Assembly: GCA_046582655.1 (NCBI GenBank)
Contig: JAYGDX010000101.1
Coordinates: 1 to 35,815, forward strand
DNA from: Candidatus Poribacteria bacterium
GTDB lineage: Bacteria; Poribacteria; WGA-4E; UBA9662
Length of the DNA stretch: 35,815 bases
Direction of reading: 5' to 3'
Position numbers and translations under genes: made by a program. The notes under the pieces are model-generated. The model was not told the DNA's origin and searched no databases. It worked only from the letters and a program-made list of their open reading frames with translations. Below, piece after piece: positions 28,318-35,815 of the stretch (position 1 is the first letter of the stretch; each line of letters starts with the position of its first letter).

Positions 28318-29118
28318 ATGATTAAGTTGGGAACAATGTCTTTGAACGTCAGAAACACAACTGCGACTGGGTTTGCAGAAATCGTTTCTGATCTTAGCCT
28401 GGACGTCATTGAATTGCACTCAAGTGCGTTTGAATCGACAGATCTCGATTATCTCAGAGATCTGAAAATGGATTTGATGAGAAAAGGACTTCCAATTGGT
28501 TACATTGGGATTAGCAACAACTTTGGCCGACCTGTTGAGGAGCATCCGGATCAGGTTGCTTTGATCAAGAAATGGATTGATGTAGCTAGTTTTATGAGTT
28601 GTCCCATTGTGCGTGTTTTTGCTGCTTACCTACCGGAAGATTGCACAGACGAGGAGGCAATATGGCCTCCGATGATTTCAGGTTTTAAAGAAGTTGCTGG
28701 GTATGGCTATGAGAAAGGTATTCTGGTCGGATTGCAGAACCATAATCATAATAACGTGACGCGGACTGGTGATGATTTGATTCGGGCTTTGCGTGAAACG
28801 GACCATCCTTATTTTACTCACATCCTTGATACAGGGCAGTACGCCGGTTCACCGGGTGCAAGTGGACATCGCGGTTCTCCTCATCCTAATTATGATTGTT
28901 ATAATAGTATTGCTAAGACCGCACCGTACGCTGTATACGTTCGTGCTAAGTTTTACCAGATTGATAGCGGTGTGGAAGAATGGCTGGATTATCCTCGCAT
29001 TCTCGATATCCTGCGAAAGGAGAACTACAATGGTTGTATTTCAATTGTTTACGAGGGGGAATCAGATTCGATAGAGTCGATGCGAAAGGCTGCTGGTTAT
29101 CTGCGTTCGATTCTGTAA
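28318..29118 (+). CDS. Sugar phosphate isomerase/epimerase-family TIM barrel
   Basis: 'KKWIDVA..MSCPIVRVFA', 'LQNH', 'LDTG', 'LDYPRI..IL...YNGCISIVYEG'; SD AGGAG. Confidence 0.85.
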   Translation: MIKLGTMSLNVRNTTATGFAEIVSDLSLDVIELHSSAFESTDLDYLRDLKMDLMRKGLPIGYIGISNNFGRPVEEHPDQVALIKKWIDVASFMSCPIVRVFAAYLPEDCTDEEAIWPPMISGFKEVAGYGYEKGILVGLQNHNHNNVTRTGDDLIRALRETDHPYFTHILDTGQYAGSPGASGHRGSPHPNYDCYNSIAKTAPYAVYVRAKFYQIDSGVEEWLDYPRILDILRKENYNGCISIVYEGESDSIESMRKAAGYLRSIL

Positions 29119-29190
29119 AGTTTCAACACTGAGGGTTTCTTCATAGATCAGAGGTGTCTGTTTGCTTTATACCGAGACTGAAATGTGGTG

Positions 29191-30192
29191 ATGAGAAGAT
29201 TTAAGGTTGCTCAAGTTGGTGTGGGCGCTAGAGGTCAGGCAACATTAGCCGCTTTCCAGAAGTATGGAGATTCCGTTGATATCACGGCAATTTGCGACAC
29301 CGATAAAACGTATCTGCAAGAAGCTGCGACCCAGTTTCACATCTCGGCGTGTTTCTCAAATGTTGATGATCTGATCGAACATGCTGATTTTGATGTTGCT
29401 TCTGTGACTACACCGACGCCTGTTCGTCAAGAAGTAATTCAACCCTTTCTGGAAGCTGGTATTCATGTACTAGTAGATAAACCACTTGCTGAAACACTAG
29501 ATCATGCTAAGGCGATTGTGGCATGTTCAGAGAAAAATGGGAGGCTAGTCGCTGTCGGGCAAAATTTCCGTTACATGAGCGGTTTTGATTCTGCTAGGAG
29601 GTATTTGGCCGATCGTCCGTTGGGAACACCTCGTCATTTGACACATCTTTTACTTGGTCGACGTTGGGACAAAGGGTGGCGGAATGATCGAGTTCGGCGT
29701 GTGATGGCGATTATGTCGATTCACTGGCTTGACGGATACCGGTGGATGCTGAATGATATGCCGGAAACCGTTTATTGCCAGACCTCAAAATCTGAACTGA
29801 TTCCTGGAATTGGTGAAACACATACCAGTTTGATTGTTAAGTTTGGTACTGGTTGTGTTGTGACTCTTACCGAAAGTTTTGCCAGTCATCACCGTATGAG
29901 CACTTCTCCAGTGCTAGATTGCGATAACGGTAGTTTGGAAATAACCAATGCGGAATTACGTGTCTATCAGGATGATGTGCCTGAGCCTGTCCGAAGAATT
30001 CCAACAGACAATGTACCGAAGGATGTTGCAACTTATATGTGCTTGGCAGATCTTCTGCAAGCTATCGATACAGATCAAGTGCCTCCAAATAGCGGTCAGG
30101 ATAACCTCAGGAGCGTTGCAATTATGGAGGCGGCATATCGATCTGCGACTGAAAATCGCGTCGTATTCTGGGATGAGCTGGCAGTTGAATAA
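29191..30192 (+). CDS. Gfo/Idh/MocA-family NAD(P)-dependent oxidoreductase
   Basis: 'VGVGARG', 'HVLVDKPLA', 'VGQNFRY', 'IHWLD', 'EAAYRSA'. ATG 29191 or GTG 29185. Confidence 0.9.
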   Translation: MRRFKVAQVGVGARGQATLAAFQKYGDSVDITAICDTDKTYLQEAATQFHISACFSNVDDLIEHADFDVASVTTPTPVRQEVIQPFLEAGIHVLVDKPLAETLDHAKAIVACSEKNGRLVAVGQNFRYMSGFDSARRYLADRPLGTPRHLTHLLLGRRWDKGWRNDRVRRVMAIMSIHWLDGYRWMLNDMPETVYCQTSKSELIPGIGETHTSLIVKFGTGCVVTLTESFASHHRMSTSPVLDCDNGSLEITNAELRVYQDDVPEPVRRIPTDNVPKDVATYMCLADLLQAIDTDQVPPNSGQDNLRSVAIMEAAYRSATENRVVFWDELAVE

Positions 30193-30237
30193 TTTGTCAC
30201 CTATCAACTTTAGAATGTTTAATTGGGGAGAATTGTT

Positions 30238-31122
30238 ATGAAGACCGCACTTCATTCTGTGAGCTATGCTGGTTTTTGGAGTGGACAGGTGCAGTTGACT
30301 TTGGAACAGTTTTTGGAGAAGGCCAGCAGTTTGGGCTATGAGGCTGTAATGTTAGTGGCTAAGCGTCCGCATTTGTCACCATTGGATGCTGGTCCTGATC
30401 GCCTCAAGGAGATTCGAGATCTGCTTAATCATAACAATCTGCGGTTGGCTTGTATCGCAGGTTACACTGATTTTTGTGCGGGCGTTGATCACTCTGAGAT
30501 TCCGCACCGTGAAATGCAGATTCTCTATGTAGTAGAACTTGCTAGGATAGCGTCCAATCTCGGTGGAAATTTAATACGTGTTTTTACCGGTTATGAGAGA
30601 CCAGATATATCATATGATCAGCAATGGAATTGGTGCGTTGAATCGCTGGCTGAGTGTGCAAGACGTGCCGCTGACTGGGGTGTGACAATCGGTGTGCAGA
30701 ATCATCATGATATTGCTGCTCACTACGATAGTCTGCATGACCTATTGACAGAGATTGACCATCCAAACTGTAAAGCAATGTTTGATGCTTGGTCCCCAGC
30801 CTTACAAGGAGTAGATCTCGTTTCTGCCGCTAACAAAATGGCTTCTTTAACGGTGCATACGACAGTTGCTGATTATGTGAATCGCCCTCGTTTCTGCTAT
30901 CAGTCAAGGTTGGTAAATTACCAGAAACAGCAGGACGTCATTCGGGCCGTGCCAATGGGAGAAGGTTTTATTGATTATTCAGGTTTCTTTAATACGCTGA
31001 AAGCTAATGGTTACAATGGATATGTTGCTTACGAAATGTGTTCTGTTCTGGAAGGTGGCGGGTCTGAAGAGAATTTAGATCGTTGCGCCAAGCAGTTCAT
31101 GGATTACATGAAAGATTTCTAG
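30238..31122 (+). CDS. Sugar phosphate isomerase/epimerase-family TIM barrel
   Basis: 'LGYEAV', 'IRVFTG', 'VQNHHD', 'FDAW', 'VPMGEGFIDY', 'YNGYVAYEMC'; GGGAG SD before ATG 30238. Confidence 0.85.
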   Translation: MKTALHSVSYAGFWSGQVQLTLEQFLEKASSLGYEAVMLVAKRPHLSPLDAGPDRLKEIRDLLNHNNLRLACIAGYTDFCAGVDHSEIPHREMQILYVVELARIASNLGGNLIRVFTGYERPDISYDQQWNWCVESLAECARRAADWGVTIGVQNHHDIAAHYDSLHDLLTEIDHPNCKAMFDAWSPALQGVDLVSAANKMASLTVHTTVADYVNRPRFCYQSRLVNYQKQQDVIRAVPMGEGFIDYSGFFNTLKANGYNGYVAYEMCSVLEGGGSEENLDRCAKQFMDYMKDF

Positions 31123-31219
31123 TAGAAAATAGTGATTGGGTAGCTTTATGGAAGTATATCAAGAAATTTGAAGGTTTAGGTAGCTAGACACAATTACTGT
31201 AAGTAAGGAAAAGACTCTT

Positions 31220-32236
31220 ATGAGCACTCATAATTCTAAACCGCTTATTTTAACAACAACAGTTGGTTCATACCCTGTACCGGATTGGTTGGTGGCATTG
31301 CCTAGTGAACAGGGGCTTATGGATGCAACGCGAGTGGTTGTTGATATCCAACGCCAATCTGGAATTGATCTGCCGACTGATGGTGAGCTTTATCGTTTTG
31401 ATATGAATCATCCAGATACTAACGGTATGATTGAGTACTTTATTTGTCCACTGGAAGGAATACGTGGTGAAGTTGGTCGTCGGGATTGGCAGGACTTCTC
31501 AAAAAAGCATTCTATGTCTTTCCGTTCCAAACCCGCTGGTGTTGTTGAAGGACAGATAGGTGAAGGAAGCCTCAATCTGGTTGTTGATTGTGAGCGGTTG
31601 GTAGCTATTGCTGGAGAGAATGTCAAATTTACTGTTACCAGTCCGTATATGCTGGCTAGGACACTTTTAGATAATTATTACCATGATTTTGAGGAGTTGC
31701 TGATCGAATTAGCGAATGTCTTGGCTAGCCAGATTGCGGACCTGAACTGTAATTGTGTCCAAATTGATGAAGCCAATATTCCGGGTAATCCTCAGGATGG
31801 AACAATTGCGGCAAAAGCGATCAATATTGTTCTAGATGCTGTTCAAGGTGAAAAAGCGGTTCATTTCTGTTTTGGTAATTATGGTGGACAGGTTATTCAA
31901 AAAGGTAGTTGGCGTGCGTTGGTGAGCTTTTTGAACCAACTACGTTGCGATCATTTGGTGTTGGAATTAGCCCATCGACCGGATGACGATTTGGAGGCGC
32001 TAAAGGATATATCAACAGATATACGGCTTGGTGTTGGCGTAATTGATGTCAAGGTTAATAATGTTGAGACTGCGGATCAGGTTGCTCAGAGCATAGAAAA
32101 AGCTGAAAGGAAATTAAGTCAGGGGCATGTTGGGTGGGTGCATCCCGATTGCGGATTCTGGATGCTTAAACGCTCGGTGGCAGATCGGAAAATTGAAGCA
32201 CTAGTGAAGGGCAGAGACAAATATCTTGGTTTGTAG
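31220..32236 (+). CDS. Cobalamin-independent methionine synthase II family, single-barrel (core MetE-like)
   Basis: 'TTVGSYPVP', 'TDGE..R', 'VQIDE', Zn ligands 'HFC', 'LE', 'PDCG'; 'GVIDVK...ET'; 338 aa with no N-terminal barrel. Confidence 0.85.
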   Translation: MSTHNSKPLILTTTVGSYPVPDWLVALPSEQGLMDATRVVVDIQRQSGIDLPTDGELYRFDMNHPDTNGMIEYFICPLEGIRGEVGRRDWQDFSKKHSMSFRSKPAGVVEGQIGEGSLNLVVDCERLVAIAGENVKFTVTSPYMLARTLLDNYYHDFEELLIELANVLASQIADLNCNCVQIDEANIPGNPQDGTIAAKAINIVLDAVQGEKAVHFCFGNYGGQVIQKGSWRALVSFLNQLRCDHLVLELAHRPDDDLEALKDISTDIRLGVGVIDVKVNNVETADQVAQSIEKAERKLSQGHVGWVHPDCGFWMLKRSVADRKIEALVKGRDKYLGL

Positions 32237-32349
32237 CAGTTCCTGATATTTATTCGCTACCTTTGATGATGAGAACTATGACAGGTTCTGATTAATGTAA
32301 TTAAAATTTATGATGAGCAATATGTGGGAATGAGAGTGTATTGAGAGAT

Positions 32350-32930
32350 CTACTCAACGAGATACTTGGGATTATCAAAATATCCTATACTGTCCAGTTG
32401 ATTGTTTTCATGAATCTGTATTTTGAAAGAATTTCCTTCAAGCCCGATGGTTTGTTCTCGAACACTTTCAAGTTTGTTAATTTTCCATTGTGTGCCTTTT
32501 TTTATGAAAAAAACCATGTTTGAGATTCAAACCATCCATTAGGGGAATGTATGCTGGCTTCTAATCGGTTTCTCTTGTGACGAATGTAGACTTTACTTAC
32601 ATTTGAACCACTCCAAAAAGTAGTCTTTAGAAAGGGGTCTGGTCCTGTGTGCAAGAAAGTTATTGCGTCCTTGACGGGCTTAGGCCCTTTTCCGTCTACG
32701 CTTTCTCTTTTCCACATGTCCACATAAAAGTAATCGCTTTCCTTCAGCAGTCCACAATTTAAACACTTCGATTCTTTGCTTACTGTTGAAATATTTAACG
32801 TAGTTCTGATACAGTTCAACGATTGCTTTTCGCTCCGCTTCATAATCAATGAAAGTGGTCCTGTTAATTACTATTTTTTTCTTATTGGCAATAGTGGAAA
32901 AGGCTTTTAAGCTTTCCTGATTTTCTTATT
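32350..32930 (-). pseudogene. Frameshifted NTF2/SnoaL-like gene remnant
   Basis: Three protein-like segments separated by two frameshifts: 'IDYEAERKAIVELYQNYVKYFNSKQRIEVFKLW' / 'LLKESDYFYVD...ESQTWFF' / 'IKKGTQWKINKLE...PKYLVE*'. The second shift sits at a 7-nt homopolymer (32507-32513). No in-frame start found. Confidence 0.55.
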
Positions 32931-33026
32931 ATAATTGATGCATTGTGTTTTGTATATTATGTAATATTGGTTGATTGTGAGTTCTATTATGTATATGTTT
33001 GCTATGGGTGATGTTGATTATCTGAG

Positions 33027-33935
33027 TTAAGCCTCTGGAGTTGTTTCTAGTATTTTGTTGATGGTTTCCAGTTCATCGTCTGAAAAGGTAGTATTAGCAG
33101 CGACAACGTGTTCGCGTACCTGATTTGGATTTTTGGCTCCTACAAGCACACATGAGATTGCAGATAGCCGCAAAATCCATGCAATGGACAATTGAACTAG
33201 GTTAATCCCTTTTTGAGAGGCAATTTGCTTCAAATCTTCAGCGATAGCTAGGTACCGAGAAAATAGTTCGCCTTGAAACCTATGATAACTTGATCTCTCA
33301 TCATCATCAGGAAATTTAAAGCCGGGACTATATCGTCCAGTAAGCAGTCCTTTGGCTAAGGGGCTGTGAGCAAGGATACCTATGCCCGATTGTTCGCAGA
33401 AGGTAATATCCTCCGACTCAATTTCGCGGTCGAACATATTGTATCTTGGCTGATTTGACTCAAATTTTGCTGTTTGGAGCGCCCTATTCATTTGGTTGGC
33501 ATCAAAGTTAGACACACCGATGAAGCGTGTTTTCCCCTGTTTTTGTAAAAGTTGCATTGTTTCCATGCTTTCTTCAATTGGCTGTTCCGAGTTCCATCCG
33601 TGGATCTGATATAAATCTACGTAATCTACGTTCAGCATCTGAAGGCTGTTTTCCATCGCGGCTTTGATACCGCTTTGAGAATAATTCCCACTGACTTTAG
33701 TTGCCAGAAAGCAGCGATCTCGATAGCCATCTTTGAGAGCTCTTCCAATTGTCTCTTCGCTTGTTCGGTAGGCTTGGGCTGTATCAAGGAGGGTGATACC
33801 GTGATCGATAGCGGTACGTACAATTTCAATGGCTGCGTTTTCGCTAACTTGACCCATGCCACCACCAATGGGCCACGCGCCAAAGCCGATGCATGATACT
33901 TCTGGGCCGTCTTTACCGAGTTGTCGTTTTTGCAT
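33027..33935 (-). CDS. Aldo/keto reductase
   Basis: 'LG..GPEVS.IGFG', 'DTAQAY', 'ATK', 'DLYQIH', 'IGVSN', 'QPRYN', 'SPLAKGLL'; SD AAGGA favours ATG 33935. Confidence 0.92.
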   Translation of the reverse strand: MQKRQLGKDGPEVSCIGFGAWPIGGGMGQVSENAAIEIVRTAIDHGITLLDTAQAYRTSEETIGRALKDGYRDRCFLATKVSGNYSQSGIKAAMENSLQMLNVDYVDLYQIHGWNSEQPIEESMETMQLLQKQGKTRFIGVSNFDANQMNRALQTAKFESNQPRYNMFDREIESEDITFCEQSGIGILAHSPLAKGLLTGRYSPGFKFPDDDERSSYHRFQGELFSRYLAIAEDLKQIASQKGINLVQLSIAWILRLSAISCVLVGAKNPNQVREHVVAANTTFSDDELETINKILETTPEA

Positions 33936-33976
33936 GATAGATTTCCTTTCCATCTAATTTCGGGATTTTGCATTAT

Positions 33977-34002
33977 AATTATCTTGGGTTCCCAAGATAA
34001 TT
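33977..34002. promoter_or_regulatory. 12-bp-arm palindrome, candidate operator
   Basis: AATTATCTTGGG-TT-CCCAAGATAATT, about 40 nt upstream of the aldo/keto reductase start. Confidence 0.5.
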
Positions 34003-34107
34003 CACCTAGGATTAATAATGATTTTCACAACTTGAAAGGGCTGGATAATCCCATCGTTCTATTTGTCAAATTTCTGTGTTGACATTTTCATTTTAGGGGA
34101 TCTTTGC

Positions 34108-34118
34108 TGTGTTATAAT
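34108..34118 (+). promoter_or_regulatory. Candidate extended -10 promoter
   Basis: TGTG-T-TATAAT matches the TRTG-n-TATAAT consensus and faces the TPR gene. Confidence 0.35.
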
Positions 34119-34464
34119 TAGGGTTCTGATATAGTCTTTAAGTATATATTATTACTGACGGTCATGTATGTCAACACTTGAATCATTGGTTTCTCGTTTA
34201 TGTAATCAATTTGTTCATAGAGGGGGATTGGTTGATTGGTGTCTAGGGTATCCTTGTTTAACCGCATGTCATTTGTTTGAATCAGAGGATGTATTCTAAA
34301 TTTGTTGTCAGTAGTATCAAGGCCTTCATCGTATTGGCTTCCGTATATATTGTATTAGTGATTGGAAAGTTTGTGTTTAACAAATGTAATTCTTGCTGTG
34401 AATTTGGAGCAGGATTTAGAAAGAAACCAACGCAGAAAAGAATCTGGTCAAAAACCCACCTTTT

Positions 34465-35815
34465 ATGTGTTCCTTTGTAGATGTAAATGCAGGATTGCAA
34501 GAAGCTATGGCTTTTTGCCAAGTTGGTCGGATTGATGAAGCTGAACGAATCTGTCAACAAGCGCTGCATTCTGATCCTGACAATGTTGATGCCCTTCATC
34601 TTTTGGGTGTGATTGCCTATCAAGTTGGGAAATATGATGTTGCAGTTGACTTGATAACTCGAGCTATAGAAATTAATTCAGGACAATCTCTATTCTTCAA
34701 TAGTCTAGGCTTGATTTTAAGGGAACAGGCTAAGCTAGAAGAAGCTATTGAAGCATATCATTGTGCCTTAGAAATCAATCCCAAATATAGTGAAGCTTAT
34801 AACAATCTGGGTGTTGTTTTACACCAGCAGGAGAGATCTGTAGAAGCGACCGAGGCCTATCGCCGTGCAGTAGAAATCAATCCCGAATATTGTCAGGCGT
34901 ATTACAATCTCGGTATTTTATTTCAAGAGCAAGAAAACTTCGATCAAGCTATTGAAGCATATCATCGTGCTTTAGAAATCAATCCTAACTACAGTGAAGT
35001 TTGTAACAACCTAGGTACTGTTTTACAGGGGAAAGAAAGGTTTGATCAAGCTGTTGAATTGTATCATCACGCAGTAACAATCAATCCTAAATATTGCGAG
35101 GGATATAATAATCTTGGTATTGCATTATTGGAACAAGGGCGGTTGGAAGAAGCTATTGAAGCTTGCAAGTGTGCGTTAAAAATACAGCCTCAATTCGCGA
35201 ATGCCCATAGTAATTTGGCGACAATCCTGTTTCTTCAAGGTGATTTTAGGAACGCTTGGAAAGAGTATGAATGGCGTTGGGAGTGTAGGGAAATCAGTTT
35301 CCCTCTCAATAAGCGAGACTTTCCTCAACCTCTTTGGGACGGTTCAAATCTGAATCAAAGAACTATTCTCGTCTGGGCAGAACAGGGCATTGGTGATGAG
35401 ATCATGTTGGCAAGTATGCTCTCAACTCTCTTAAAAATGAATCCAAATGTCATTGTTGAATGCGACAAACGGTTGGTTCCTCTCTTTCAGCGGTCTCTCC
35501 CTAGCATTCAGTTCGTCCCGCGGCAAGATCCAGCCAATCCACAATTATTGGATACAACCATTGACTACCAGATTCCAATGGGGAGTTTAGGACAGTGGCT
35601 GAGAGCAGATGAAGATGCCTTTCTACCAAAACAGAAATCGTATTTACAGGCTTGCCCAAATAGAATCCTGCGGCTGCAGAAAAAATATCGGGATCTGGCA
35701 GGTGATAAGTTGCTGGTTGGTATCTCATGGAAGAGTACAGGTATAGATCAAAAAAGAGCCAAGACAAAGAATGCGCCCTTAAAATACTGGACACCCATTC
35801 TGTCACGAGAGGATT
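34465..35815 (+). CDS. TPR-repeat protein with glycosyltransferase family 9-like (GT-B) domain, 3'-truncated; absent from the ORF track
   Basis: Manually translated open frame from ATG 34465 to the window end: 7 full TPRs plus 1 partial, then 'EYEWRW', 'WDG...ILVWAEQGIGDEIM', 'VECDKRLVPLF.RS', 'DYQIPMGSL', 'VGISW'. Confidence 0.88.
   Translation, partial: MCSFVDVNAGLQEAMAFCQVGRIDEAERICQQALHSDPDNVDALHLLGVIAYQVGKYDVAVDLITRAIEINSGQSLFFNSLGLILREQAKLEEAIEAYHCALEINPKYSEAYNNLGVVLHQQERSVEATEAYRRAVEINPEYCQAYYNLGILFQEQENFDQAIEAYHRALEINPNYSEVCNNLGTVLQGKERFDQAVELYHHAVTINPKYCEGYNNLGIALLEQGRLEEAIEACKCALKIQPQFANAHSNLATILFLQGDFRNAWKEYEWRWECREISFPLNKRDFPQPLWDGSNLNQRTILVWAEQGIGDEIMLASMLSTLLKMNPNVIVECDKRLVPLFQRSLPSIQFVPRQDPANPQLLDTTIDYQIPMGSLGQWLRADEDAFLPKQKSYLQACPNRILRLQKKYRDLAGDKLLVGISWKSTGIDQKRAKTKNAPLKYWTPILSRED

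Noticed and set aside
34277..34623. ORF-track ORFs 34277..34480 (+) and 34282..34623 (-)
   Set aside because: No motifs, and both overlap the better-supported TPR gene or its upstream region.

Overview
Bacterial genomic fragment, open at both ends. The gene content and a C-terminal 'V-x-P...W-G-K-I-K' motif suggest Candidatus Poribacteria or a related lineage (inference). All family assignments come from motifs read by eye against remembered sequences; no searches were run. (1) 1-13.8 kb, envelope locus: a giant (>=3300 aa) Ig-repeat surface protein ending in a YPNPF/FlgD-Ig (T9SS type A-like) domain, a PorV/PorQ-family beta-barrel, a LysM/coiled-coil protein, a motif-stripped AccA homologue, a PIP-synthase-like CDP-alcohol phosphotransferase and a convergent short adenylate kinase. 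(2) 13.8-16.2 kb, AT-richer: a perfect 18-bp hairpin, a eukaryote-like phosphoethanolamine N-methyltransferase and an excisionase-type HTH protein. (3) 16.2-34 kb: two divergent runs of catabolic genes (CBM9-like, creatininase, enolase superfamily, ConA/PL11-like propeller, phosphodiesterase, DUF362; three TIM barrels with non-canonical active sites, nucleoside hydrolase, beta-gamma-crystallin-DUF1349, FAH, Gfo/Idh/MocA, single-barrel MetE), a frameshifted NTF2-like pseudogene and an aldo/keto reductase. (4) A TPR-glycosyltransferase gene missed by the ORF track runs off the right end. No rRNA, tRNA, CRISPR or transposase was recognised.
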